Positions 8,461 through 17,557 of a stretch of 64,000 bases of DNA are shown one piece after another; the stretch's first letter is position 1; each line of letters starts with the position of its first letter. Location: positions 273,555 through 337,554 of the forward strand of contig CAWEAO010000018.1 of the NCBI GenBank assembly GCA_963807075.1. Direction: 5' to 3'. Source of the DNA: an uncultured Acidobacteriaceae bacterium (lineage in GTDB: Bacteria > Acidobacteriota > Terriglobia > Terriglobales > Acidobacteriaceae). The notes under the pieces are model-generated. The model saw only the letters and a list, made by a program, of their open reading frames with translations. It made no database searches and was not told the origin of the DNA. A program made the position numbers and the translations under genes.

Positions 8461-10843
8461 TTAGAGGCCGGCGCCGGGGATGTAGTGGTACTCGATTTTG
8501 GCGGGTTGCTTGACGGGATCGCCGGTCAGGTCATGAGTGTGCCAGACTACGGATTCGCTGGCGACTTCGGGATGCTTGCGCAGGAATTCGAGGGCGTATG
8601 TGCTGGCGGTTGGGTCGTCTTTCTGGTCGGCGAATTTGGCTGACTCGATGGCGGCCTTTTGTTTTTCGCCGAGGCGGCGGTAAAGAATTGCAAGCTGGTA
8701 GTGCGCGGCTAGAGTCGTCGGGATCGATGGCCTGGAGTTTCTCGTATTCGGCGCGAGCGGCGGGATAGTCGTGCGCCTGGTAGTAGGAGAAGCCGAGTTC
8801 GCGGAGGCCATCTTTGGCCAGCGGATATTTGGCGAGCATGGCCTGAAGATCGGTGATGGCTTCCTGGATCTGGCCGGCGTTGCGTTCGACGATGGCGCGA
8901 TAGTAGAGAGCGCGGGGATCGCCGGGCAGAAGGGAGAGAGCCTTGGCGAGATGAGGCTTGGCGTCGTTGTAACGCTCCCATGAGATTTCTACTACTGCCA
9001 TGTTGGTGTAGGCGTCGGCGTAGTCGGGGCGCAGGGCGGCGACGCGTTCGAAAGCGTGGACGGAGGCTTCGTACTGGAAGGCATCGAGGAGAGCGATGCC
9101 GTAGTTGTTCCAGCGCATCCACTCTGGATTGGGCTGCGCGGCCGGCGAGCGTTCTTGAGATTCCATCGAGGCGGGGACGTTGTCGCCGATTTTCAGAGTA
9201 CGGGTGTCTGATGCAACTTCAAGCACGGGCTGGGAGAAGTGCTTACCGGTGGGCTGGTCCATTGCGTAGTCAATGAAGTGCTGATCGAAGCGGCGGTATC
9301 TCACGGTCGCGGTGATCGTGACGGCGCCTGAGATGACTTTGGGCAGGCGGAAACGATAGCGGACTAACTGCGAGCGGCCGGACTGGATGGTGTTGTTGTA
9401 GGCCTGTACGCGGTTGTGCCAGATCTCGTGGAGCCCATTGAGCTCGCCCTTGACGTTGATGAGCCGGTTGGTGAAGGAGTGCGCGGACGGATCGAGGTTG
9501 CCGTCTGGTTGGATGAAGCCCGACTCGGTGAGGACTTTGCCCGTGGCGTTTTTAACAGTGAAGTCGACCCAGGACTCGTAGAAGTCTCGCTGCTCCGGCA
9601 CGTAGGAGTGGCCTATGCCTTTGTTCTGAATGACAACGTCGGCGATGAGGGTTTCGCCCGGGGAGAGCGAGAAGCTGGTCAGGCCCAGGGGTGCGATCTG
9701 GGTGGTGCTGGCTGCGTCGTCGTTTGAGGATGCGGATTCTTTTTCGAGGGCGAAGATATCGACGTTGAGGACGCCTTTGCCGTCAATGCCCCCTTTAAGA
9801 AAGTCGACGAGTTTCTGAGACTGCTCGTCGAACTTGTAATAGGCGGGGTTGAGACTGTTGCCGCCAAGCCAGCGATGCGATACGAGGGTGCCGTCCTTGG
9901 CACCGGCGTCTTGCGCGTTGGCGGCGAGAGGCTGGCGCGGCATGTGGCAGGTCTGGCAGGTGGAGACGGTGTCTTTGCGGTAGAAGGGAAGGGGCGACTG
10001 TTTGGTGAAGCTGGCACCCTGCCACTCGTCGTAGACGGTGAAGGCGCGCTGGAACTTGTAGTCATCGAGCGAGCGGGTGATGGCGGCCTTGTGGCAGGCG
10101 GCGCAGAACTCGGCGGTCTTGTAGAGCGGGCGCATCACGGCCTGCTTGTGACGATCGAGATGGCTGAGGATTTCGGAGTCGGAAACAGGTCGCGTGACGG
10201 GCGCGCCTTTATCGTCGACCAGCACGGCGGGGATTCCCATGACGTAACTGCCGGTGCCGGTGGTGTCAGTGGACTGGATGGCGTGGCAGACGGAACATGT
10301 GATGCCTTCGTCCTCGAAGGGGCGCTTCTTAGGCATGCCCTGGGAGAGGTCGCCGGAGAAGAGCGCGATGGGGTTATGACAGCCTTCGCAGTGGCGGGAG
10401 AACTGCACTCCCTTTTCGGCGATGAGCATGTTGACGTTCTTCAGATACCAGGGCTGCCGAAAGCTGTTGGAGTGAACGGACTGGCGCCACTGGTGGTAGG
10501 CCTCCTGATGGCAGTGGCCGCAGTATTCGGCGTTGAGTACGTTGCGCGGATTGAGGAATTGGCCGTTGGCGGTCATGGCGTTTGAGGGGAGGAAGGGGGA
10601 TTCCTTGCCGAAGGCGTAGTTGTAGCGGAGGGCGACGGAGTCGTGGAATTGCGTGGTGGGCCCGGTCACGTGGATGTCAGCGGTGTAGGCGGCGGGAGGC
10701 AGATCGGGCACAGAGGGCGGGGGAGCCGGAACAGGATTAGAGGATGCGGGATCGGTGGCTGCGCGGCCAACAAAAGTGCCCGTAAGGGGCAGGGCGAAGA
10801 GTAGTGCACATAATGCCCAGCGACGCGGCGAGAATTTGAACAT
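8461..10843 (-). pseudogene. Pentaheme cytochrome c (c554-like) fused to C-terminal TPR domain; one-base frameshift at about 8713
   Basis: Signal peptide; CGHCH, CEGCH, CSVCH, CAACH, CQTCH; TPR region WNNYGIALL...AYTNMAV...; frame 8531-10882 breaks after AIDPDD and continues as LAAHYQLAILYRRLG in frame 8461-8811. Could be an intact gene with a sequencing error. Confidence 0.8.
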
Positions 10844-11002
10844 CTCGGAACGGACTCCCGGAATCAACGGCTTGAACTCCACGCAGGCAACGAGAGGAAG
10901 CTGCGAGGGACAGTTGAAACGTATCAGGGATGGGGGTTGGGATGTCTACCACCGAAAGGTGGAGTGCTGGTGACAGACAGCGGAGAAACCATCGCTGGCC
11001 AA

Positions 11003-11148
11003 AAGCAGGTCCTTCACTTCGCCTACCGCGCGGACAGTTTCTGTCTATGGGCACCGGGCATTGTTCAGATGACACCTGTTGTTTGTGCTGGTGTTCGTGC
11101 TTTCCCACCCATGTCGCGATGAAACTGCGTCGTGGATGGGGCACCGGG
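11003..11148. repeat. REP-like palindrome cluster
   Basis: AAGCAGGTCCTTCACTTCG at about 11003; 11061-11145 matches 8260-8344 at 79 of 85 nt. Confidence 0.85.
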
Positions 11149-11352
11149 CTTTCTAGGGATGCGATCGAAAGGCAAGAGTCATGGGAAGATCCGTTGTGGT
11201 TGAAGTCTGGGCATCACAGTTGCAGCGAGCGGTTCACAGAGTGGGATGAACGGGCGGAAATCGGGCTTGGATGGGGTGATGGGGCGCACATCCACTTAGC
11301 CAAATCGGGGCTGAAACTGTTACGGTTAATGAGTAAGATCACATAGTCCTAG

Positions 11353-11724
11353 ATGGCCTCCAGTCCTTATTTCTCTCTCGCAGTTTTGTTTGTAGCCGCG
11401 CTCGGGTTCGGGCTGGCTCCGCTGGGGCTTGCCTGGCTGTGGCAGAGAGTGTTTTCGCCCGCGAAACCAAATGTGATCAAGAATGCGATTTACGAGTGCG
11501 GGCTGGAATCGAGGGGCGATGCGTGGGTGCAATTCCGCTCGGCCTACTATCTTTACGCGATCATGTTTCTGATTTTTGATGTGGAAGCTGTGTTTTTGCT
11601 GCCCTTTGCGGTGGCGTTTACGGGATTGGGCGTGGCGGCGTGTTTGTCAATGATGGTGTTTGTGCTGCTGCTGATTGAGGGATTGGCCTGGGCCTGGGCC
11701 AAGGGTGTGTTGACGTGGGCGTGA
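11353..11724 (+). CDS. nuoA: NADH-quinone oxidoreductase subunit A
   Basis: YECG, YYLYAIMFLIFDVEAVFLLP, EGLAWAWAKGVLTW. Confidence 0.95.
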   Translation: MASSPYFSLAVLFVAALGFGLAPLGLAWLWQRVFSPAKPNVIKNAIYECGLESRGDAWVQFRSAYYLYAIMFLIFDVEAVFLLPFAVAFTGLGVAACLSMMVFVLLLIEGLAWAWAKGVLTWA

Positions 11725-11744
11725 GGCCGCTTTGCGGCCAGCTT

Positions 11745-11906
11745 CGAGCTACTAGCTTCTAGCGGCTAGCTCTTTCGTGCTGGTACGTGGTTTGCAGTGA
11801 AGCTAAAGATGCCAGATGTCGGACAGGTTGGTTTGGAATTCACCGGAAGCGGTGCTGGCGACTTGATCGGCACTTTCGGAGCTAGAGGCTAGAAGCTAGC
11901 AGCTCG
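11745..11906. repeat. Heptamer-based (TAGCTTC-like) inverted-repeat element between nuoA and nuoB
   Basis: Arms 11745-11772 and 11879-11906 are complementary at 25 of 28 nt, enclosing 106 nt. Confidence 0.8.
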
Positions 11907-11930
11907 TGGCTTGTTGGAGCGGAGCGATTC

Positions 11931-12545
11931 ATGGCGGTCGATGAAAAGCTGAAGATCGAACTCGGTAAGCAGGGCATCGTGGTCACGACTATCCAGGAGC
12001 TCTACAACTGGGGACGGCGGAGTTCGGTCTGGCCGATGCAGTTCGGACTGGCGTGCTGCGCGATCGAGATGATTGCGACGACAATGGCTCGCTATGACAT
12101 GGCGCGATTCGGTTCGGAGGTTTTCAGACCGTCGCCACGGCAGGCGGACCTGATGATTATCTCGGGGACGGTTACGAAGAAGATGGCGCCGCAGGTTGTC
12201 AGGCTCTATAACCAGATGGCCGAGCCGCGGTATGTGATCGCAATGGGGGCGTGCGCGATTTCGGGTGGGCCGTTCAAACAGGGGTACAACGTGCTGAAGG
12301 GGATCGATCGCTATATTCCGGTGGACGTGCACATTCCGGGGTGCCCGCCGAGGCCGGAGGCTCTGATCCAGGCGTTGATGACGTTGCAGAAGAAGATTGA
12401 CGAACAGCCTCTGACGGGTGAGGGGAGACCGCGGCATCTGGATGCAGAGGCGCAAGGGGAATTTCCTGTGCCGGAGTTCGGTGAGCACGATCTGGAACCC
12501 GCGTCGAACAAAGGCGTGTGGACGGTGCCGACGATTATTAAGTAG
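11931..12545 (+). CDS. nuoB: NADH-quinone oxidoreductase subunit B
   Basis: [46 protein letters not shown]. Confidence 0.97.
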   Translation: MAVDEKLKIELGKQGIVVTTIQELYNWGRRSSVWPMQFGLACCAIEMIATTMARYDMARFGSEVFRPSPRQADLMIISGTVTKKMAPQVVRLYNQMAEPRYVIAMGACAISGGPFKQGYNVLKGIDRYIPVDVHIPGCPPRPEALIQALMTLQKKIDEQPLTGEGRPRHLDAEAQGEFPVPEFGEHDLEPASNKGVWTVPTIIK

Positions 12546-12600
12546 CAGGGAACTGGGAACAGGACAGGGGAACTAGGGACTGAGGGCATTCGGAACGGGA

Positions 12601-13290
12601 GTGGTGTTGAAGACGGTTGAGGAAATCAAGGCGGCGATTGAAGCGGCGGTTTCGGGAGCTTCGGTGAAGATTATTCCGAATCCGAGCCCGAGCGCGCAAC
12701 AGTCTCTGCTGATCGACGCCCAGCATGCGACGGCGGTCGCCGCGTTTCTTCGTGATGACGAGGAACTGGCATTTGATTTCCTTTCGAATGTGACCGGAGT
12801 GGACTGGCTGGACAAGGAGATCGCCGAGAAAGTTAAAGTAACGCGGCAGGTCGCAAAGCCAGTGGAAGGCGGAGAGCCGGGCCAGGTCCTGATGGTGGAT
12901 GAGACGGTTGAAGAGACCCGGAAGCATGTGCAGCCGGGATATCTGGAAGCCGTATATCACCTCTTTTCGGTTGCGAAGAAGCATGGGCCCGTCGTGCTGA
13001 GGATGCGGACGGCGAATCGGACGGACAAGGCAGAGCTTCCATCGCTGACGCCGGTGTGGCGCTCGGCGGAGTTTCAGGAGCGCGAGGTTTTCGATCTGTT
13101 CGGGATTGTGTTTACGGGACATCCGGACCTGCGGCGAATTTTGATGTGGGATGAGTTCAAGGATTTTCCGATGCGCCGGGATTATGTGGAGCCGGATGAT
13201 TTCGAGTACGAGCCAACTCCGCATGATGAGGTGCTGAAACGCGCGCAGGCACACAAGGCGCAGGTTGCGGCTGAGGAGGTGAAGGAATGA
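12601..13290 (+). CDS. nuoC: NADH-quinone oxidoreductase subunit C
   Basis: [52 protein letters not shown]. Confidence 0.95.
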   Translation: MVLKTVEEIKAAIEAAVSGASVKIIPNPSPSAQQSLLIDAQHATAVAAFLRDDEELAFDFLSNVTGVDWLDKEIAEKVKVTRQVAKPVEGGEPGQVLMVDETVEETRKHVQPGYLEAVYHLFSVAKKHGPVVLRMRTANRTDKAELPSLTPVWRSAEFQEREVFDLFGIVFTGHPDLRRILMWDEFKDFPMRRDYVEPDDFEYEPTPHDEVLKRAQAHKAQVAAEEVKE

Positions 13291-14489
13291 ACTCCTCTTC
13301 GACTCCTCTCGACAACGTGACGGTGCGACTGGCGCGATCGGAAAAGCTTGATGGGTGGAACCGGCCGCCGGTGATTGAGACAGATGGCGAGGGCGAGTTG
13401 CTGGAACTTGCCATGGGACCGCATCATCCTTCGACGCATGGTGTCTTCAGGATGGACCTGGCGCTGGATGGCGAACGCGTCGTCAGATTGAAGCCGGTCT
13501 TTGGATATCTCCATCGCAATCACGAAAAACTGGGCGAAGGCCAGAGCTACCTGGCGTCGATGCCGTACACGGACCGGCTGGACTACATCTGCTCGCTGAC
13601 GAATAACTGGGCATATGCCCTGGCGGTGGAGAAGCTGGTGGGGCAGGAAGTTCCGGAGCGCGCGGAGTATCTGCGGGTAATCCTTGCAGAGTTAACTCGC
13701 GTTCAGAATCATGCTTCGACGATTGGGTTTCTGCTGCAGGAGATGGGCGCCAGCGGCACTCCGCTGATGTATGCGTTTCGCGAGCGCGAACTGATCCTGG
13801 ATTTGTTTGAGAGCCTGACCGGCTCGCGCATGATGTGCAACTACATGCGCTTTGGCGGATGCAGAGTAGATGCTTCCGAAGCCTGGCTGAACGGGGCGCG
13901 CAAGGTAGTGGCGGCGTTGCCTCAGTTCATCGACGAATTTGAAAACTTTCTGATGTCGAATGAGATCCTGATGGCGCGTTGCCAGGGAGTGGGAGTGCTG
14001 AAGCCGGAGTTGGCCGTGAATGCCGGGATCAGCGGACCGATGCTGCGCGCATCGGGCGTGAACTACGACATTCGCAAGGTAGACCACTACGGAATCTATG
14101 ACCGCTTCAAGTTCCGCGTGCCGCTGGGCGATCATGGCGACATTTTCGACCGCTATATGATTCGCATGCTGGAGATGCGTGAATCCGTGTTGATTCTGGA
14201 GCAGGCCCTGAAGGAGTTGCCGGGTGGACCGGTCATGGATCCTAAAGCGAAGATCAGGAATTTCAGACCGAAAGCGGGCGAAGCGTACGGACGGATTGAA
14301 GCGCCGAAGGGCGAGTTGGGATTTTATTTGATCAGCGATGGAAGTCCGAATCCATATCGTTATCGTGTGCGGCCGCCTAGCTTGATCAACCTGACGGTAC
14401 TGGAAGATATGTGCCTGGGGAGCAACGTGGCAGATGTGGTGTTGATTTTCGGAAGTGTGGATATTGTGCTTGGAGAAGTGGATCGGTGA
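13287..14489 (+). CDS. nuoD: NADH-quinone oxidoreductase subunit D
   Basis: [49 protein letters not shown]; no NiFe CxxC pairs. Confidence 0.96.
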   Translation: MNSSSTPLDNVTVRLARSEKLDGWNRPPVIETDGEGELLELAMGPHHPSTHGVFRMDLALDGERVVRLKPVFGYLHRNHEKLGEGQSYLASMPYTDRLDYICSLTNNWAYALAVEKLVGQEVPERAEYLRVILAELTRVQNHASTIGFLLQEMGASGTPLMYAFRERELILDLFESLTGSRMMCNYMRFGGCRVDASEAWLNGARKVVAALPQFIDEFENFLMSNEILMARCQGVGVLKPELAVNAGISGPMLRASGVNYDIRKVDHYGIYDRFKFRVPLGDHGDIFDRYMIRMLEMRESVLILEQALKELPGGPVMDPKAKIRNFRPKAGEAYGRIEAPKGELGFYLISDGSPNPYRYRVRPPSLINLTVLEDMCLGSNVADVVLIFGSVDIVLGEVDR

Positions 14490-14501
14490 GCAGAAATCGA
14501 A

Positions 14502-14622
14502 AGCTACTAGCTTCTAGCTCCTAGCTTCCAGCTTGTTCTTGCGACTATGAAAGGCATCGACTGTTGTTGGTTATTCTTTGGGCACAGAAAAGCTAGAGGC
14601 TAGAAGCTAACAGCTAATAGCT
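14502..14622. repeat. Heptamer-based inverted-repeat element between nuoD and nuoI
   Basis: Left arm AGCTACTAGCTTCTAGCTCCTAGCTTCCAGCT (14502-14533), right arm AGCTAGAGGCTAGAAGCTAACAGCTAATAGCT (14591-14622). Confidence 0.8.
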
Positions 14623-14639
14623 GGTTTCAGGAGTTGCAA

Positions 14640-15317
14640 TTGCTCGGTGAAGGAATTCTGAAGGGACTGGCGGAGACGGCGCGAAATTTTGCCGGGAGCT
14701 TTGTCTCGAAAGAACGGATGACGACGGTGGAGTATCCGGAGGAGCGGCTGCCTTTGCCGGAGGCTTCGCGGAATTTTCCATTTCTGGTGTACGACGCCAG
14801 GAATCCGGATCCTGACGACTGGGAGAAGGGCCTGAGATGCGTGGCCTGCCAGATCTGCGAAAAGGAATGTCCGCCGAAGTGTATCTATATAGAGAAGAGC
14901 AAGGACAAGAAGCCGGATTACGTAGGCAAACCACAGATTTATCCGGCGAAGTTCGATATCGATATTTCGGTGTGCATGAGCTGCCAGATATGTGTTGAGG
15001 TCTGTCCGTTTGAAGCGATCAAGATGAATACGGAGTTTGAACTGGCGACGGACGACCGGTTTGGCGGGCTGTTGCTGGACCGGCACCAGTTGGCGCGATC
15101 GAACGAGTACTACCACGAGATTCATCCGACGGAGGCCGCGGAGGTGGATGCGCGGCTGGCCGGGGAGAAGGCCAAGGCGGAGGCGAAGGCCAAAGCTGCT
15201 GCAGTTGCGGCTGCGGCAAAGGCTGCTGCGGCACCGACGAACGCTCCGCCGGCGACTGGATCTGCGCCTGCCATGAAACCGCTCGCGAAGCCGACTGAAG
15301 GAGAGCCGAAAGCATGA
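14640..15317 (+). CDS. nuoI: NADH-quinone oxidoreductase subunit I (2x[4Fe-4S])
   Basis: TVEYPEER, CVACQICEKECPPKC, CMSCQICVEVCPFEAI; TTG 14640 is properly spaced from CAGGAG (ORF track gives 14634). Confidence 0.93.
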   Translation: MLGEGILKGLAETARNFAGSFVSKERMTTVEYPEERLPLPEASRNFPFLVYDARNPDPDDWEKGLRCVACQICEKECPPKCIYIEKSKDKKPDYVGKPQIYPAKFDIDISVCMSCQICVEVCPFEAIKMNTEFELATDDRFGGLLLDRHQLARSNEYYHEIHPTEAAEVDARLAGEKAKAEAKAKAAAVAAAAKAAAAPTNAPPATGSAPAMKPLAKPTEGEPKA

Positions 15318-16489
15318 TCGACAGGCTCGACCAGATTTTTGTTTTGTTGAAGCACTGGATCGTTGGCTATCTGCCGGCTGGTTTGCAGACACCGGTCGGC
15401 GTGATCCTGAGCGTGGTTTGCATTATTGGTTTGTATCCGGCGCTGTTTGCGTTGACGACGGTGCTGGAGCGCAAGGGCGTGGGGCGAATCCAGAATCGGC
15501 TGGGACCGAATCGTGTGGGTCCCTTCGGAATTTTGCAGCCCATGGCTGACGGCATCAAGTCGCTGACCAAAGAGGACATTGTTCCAACGAGCGCGGATGC
15601 GGTGGTGCATTTTCTTGCGCCGGTGATTTTGGTTGTGACGGTGTTCATGGGATTCGCGGTAATGCCCATGGGACGCAACATGGTGCTGGTGGATATGGAT
15701 GCCGGCCTGTTGTTTTATTTCGCCATGGGCGCGTCGTCGGAGCTTTCGGTTTTTATGGCGGGGTGGGGCAGCCGCAACAAGTATTCACTGCTGGGTGCGA
15801 TGCGCGCTGTGGCGCAGATGATCAGCTACGAAGTAGCACTCCTGCTTTCGAGCGTGGTGATCGTGATGATGACCGGGTCGCTCTCGCTGGTGAAGATTGT
15901 GGAGGCACAGAATCACTACAGCTATGGACTGCCGCACTGGTTCATCTTTACGCCGTGGGGCTTCGCAGGGTTTTTGATGTACGCGATTGCGGGGACGGCA
16001 GAGACAAACCGCTCGCCTTTTGATTTGCCGGAGGGCGAGTCGGAACTGGTGGCGGGGTATCACACGGAATATTCGGGATTCAAGTTTGCGCTGTTCTTCC
16101 TTGGGGAGTATGTGGCGATGTTCTCGATCTCGGGATTGGGATCGACTCTGTTCCTGGGTGGATGGACGGCGCCGCTGGCGGCGCTGCAATGGGTTCCGTC
16201 GTGGATCTGGTTTTTCGGGAAGTTGTTTGTGTCGATGTGCGTGTTTATCTGGTTGCGCGGCACGCTGCCGAGGCTCAGGCAGGACCAGCTTATGAACTTT
16301 GCGTGGAAGTTTGTGCTTCCGATGTGCCTTCTGAATTTGTTTGTGGCTGGGCTTTGGCGGTTTCTGGGCGAAGGGTTGCTGCGCTGGATCGTTTGTTCGG
16401 GGATCCTGATTTTGGCGTATGCGGTAATGGGCAGTGCGGAGATGCGGAGAAAACACTTCGGGCCGAGGACGTATCGGTATGCGGAGTAA
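15314..16489 (+). CDS. nuoH: NADH-quinone oxidoreductase subunit H
   Basis: ERKGVGRIQNRLGPNRVGPFGILQPMADGIKSLTKE, KYSLLGAMRAVAQMISYE, AETNRSPFDLPEGESELVAGY, RGTLPRLRQDQLM. Confidence 0.96.
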   Translation: MIDRLDQIFVLLKHWIVGYLPAGLQTPVGVILSVVCIIGLYPALFALTTVLERKGVGRIQNRLGPNRVGPFGILQPMADGIKSLTKEDIVPTSADAVVHFLAPVILVVTVFMGFAVMPMGRNMVLVDMDAGLLFYFAMGASSELSVFMAGWGSRNKYSLLGAMRAVAQMISYEVALLLSSVVIVMMTGSLSLVKIVEAQNHYSYGLPHWFIFTPWGFAGFLMYAIAGTAETNRSPFDLPEGESELVAGYHTEYSGFKFALFFLGEYVAMFSISGLGSTLFLGGWTAPLAALQWVPSWIWFFGKLFVSMCVFIWLRGTLPRLRQDQLMNFAWKFVLPMCLLNLFVAGLWRFLGEGLLRWIVCSGILILAYAVMGSAEMRRKHFGPRTYRYAE

Positions 16490-16502
16490 GGGTGGAATGG
16501 GG

Positions 16503-16716
16503 TTCGTGCTTTCCCACCCATGCGCGGAAAAGCCTGCGCATGGATGGGGCGCCCACATCCTTCCAGGTTTCAGACGCGAGACCCTTCGGCTTCGCTCAGG
16601 GCAGGCTCTGGGGCACCCGGATTATTGGAATGTGGTAGTGGTGAGATTGTGACGCGGTGGGCTTTGTTGCTTTCCCACCCATGACGCGATGAAAACGCGT
16701 CATGGATGGGGCACCC
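16503..16716. repeat. REP-like palindrome cluster inside the nuo operon (nuoH-nuoJ)
   Basis: Two TTTCCCACCCATG..CATGGATGGGGC copies (16503-16554, 16668-16716) flanking CCCTTCGGCTTCGCTCAGGGCAGG. Confidence 0.85.
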
Positions 16717-16738
16717 AGCGGGAAAGGGGCGGCTGGCG

Positions 16739-17239
16739 GTGGGAATTGTTTTCTATCTGATATCGGCGCTGACCGTGGCCGGCGCGCTGGCAGCCGTGCT
16801 GCTGAAGAACCTGGTACATTGCGCCCTGGCGCTGACAATAGCGTTTCTGGGACTGGCGTTGCTGTTCCTGCGGCTTGATGCGCAGTTTGCGGGTTTCGCG
16901 CAGATTCTGGTTTACGTCGGGGCGGTGGCGATCCTGGTTGTATTTGCGATTTTGCTGACGCGCGGGTCCGAACTGCCGAAGGATGGCGTGTTCTCGAAGA
17001 CGTGGGTCGTTGGGTTGGCGATTGCGGCTGCCCTGTTTGCCGTGCTGGGTTGGGCAGTGCTGCAGGCCGGGCCGTGGCTTCCGAATGAAACTGCGGCGCC
17101 GCAGGTGACGGTGAACCAGATCGGGCAGGCGTTGATGGGGCGGTATGTGTTGCCACTGGAGATTGTTGCGGTGCTGCTGACGGCGGCGCTGCTGGGCGCG
17201 GTGATTGTGGCCATGCACGAGAAAGAAGGGACGAAGTGA
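16739..17239 (+). CDS. nuoJ: NADH-quinone oxidoreductase subunit J
   Basis: KNLVHCALAL, DAQFAGFAQILVYVGAVAILVVFAILL, YVLPLEIVAVLLTAALLGA; GTG 16739 after GAAAGGGG. The ORF-track ATG at 16706 lies inside a REP copy. Confidence 0.93.
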   Translation: MGIVFYLISALTVAGALAAVLLKNLVHCALALTIAFLGLALLFLRLDAQFAGFAQILVYVGAVAILVVFAILLTRGSELPKDGVFSKTWVVGLAIAAALFAVLGWAVLQAGPWLPNETAAPQVTVNQIGQALMGRYVLPLEIVAVLLTAALLGAVIVAMHEKEGTK

Positions 17240-17553
17240 TGGCGACGCCGCTGACGGGATATTTGCTGGTGGCTGCACTGATCTTCGCGATCGGGTTGGC
17301 GGGCGCTTTGACGCGGCGGAACGCGATCCTGGTGCTGATCGGGATAGAACTGATGCTGAACGCGGCGAATCTGAATTTGATTGCGTTCTGGCGGTATGGA
17401 CCGCATCCCGAGGCGCTGACGGGAATGATGTTTGCGATTTTTTCGATTGCGGTGGCGGCGGCAGAGGCCGCGGTGGGATTGGGGTTAGTGATTTCGATCT
17501 ATCGCCACGCGAAGACGACGGACCTGGACCAAATGAACAGGATGAAGGGGTGA
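17236..17553 (+). CDS. nuoK: NADH-quinone oxidoreductase subunit K
   Basis: RRNAILVLIGIELMLNAANLNL, AVAAAEAAVGLGLVISIYR. Confidence 0.96.
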   Translation: MMATPLTGYLLVAALIFAIGLAGALTRRNAILVLIGIELMLNAANLNLIAFWRYGPHPEALTGMMFAIFSIAVAAAEAAVGLGLVISIYRHAKTTDLDQMNRMKG

Positions 17554-17557
17554 GCCG

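Noticed and set aside
13287-14489. Group 4 [NiFe]-hydrogenase large subunit (given the absent nuoEFG)
   Set aside because: No N- and C-terminal CxxC Ni-binding motifs; ends with the complex I-type DIVLGEVDR.
16706-16738. N-terminal extension of NuoJ (MGHPAGKGRLA)
   Set aside because: The ATG is inside a REP copy; GTG 16739 has the proper RBS.
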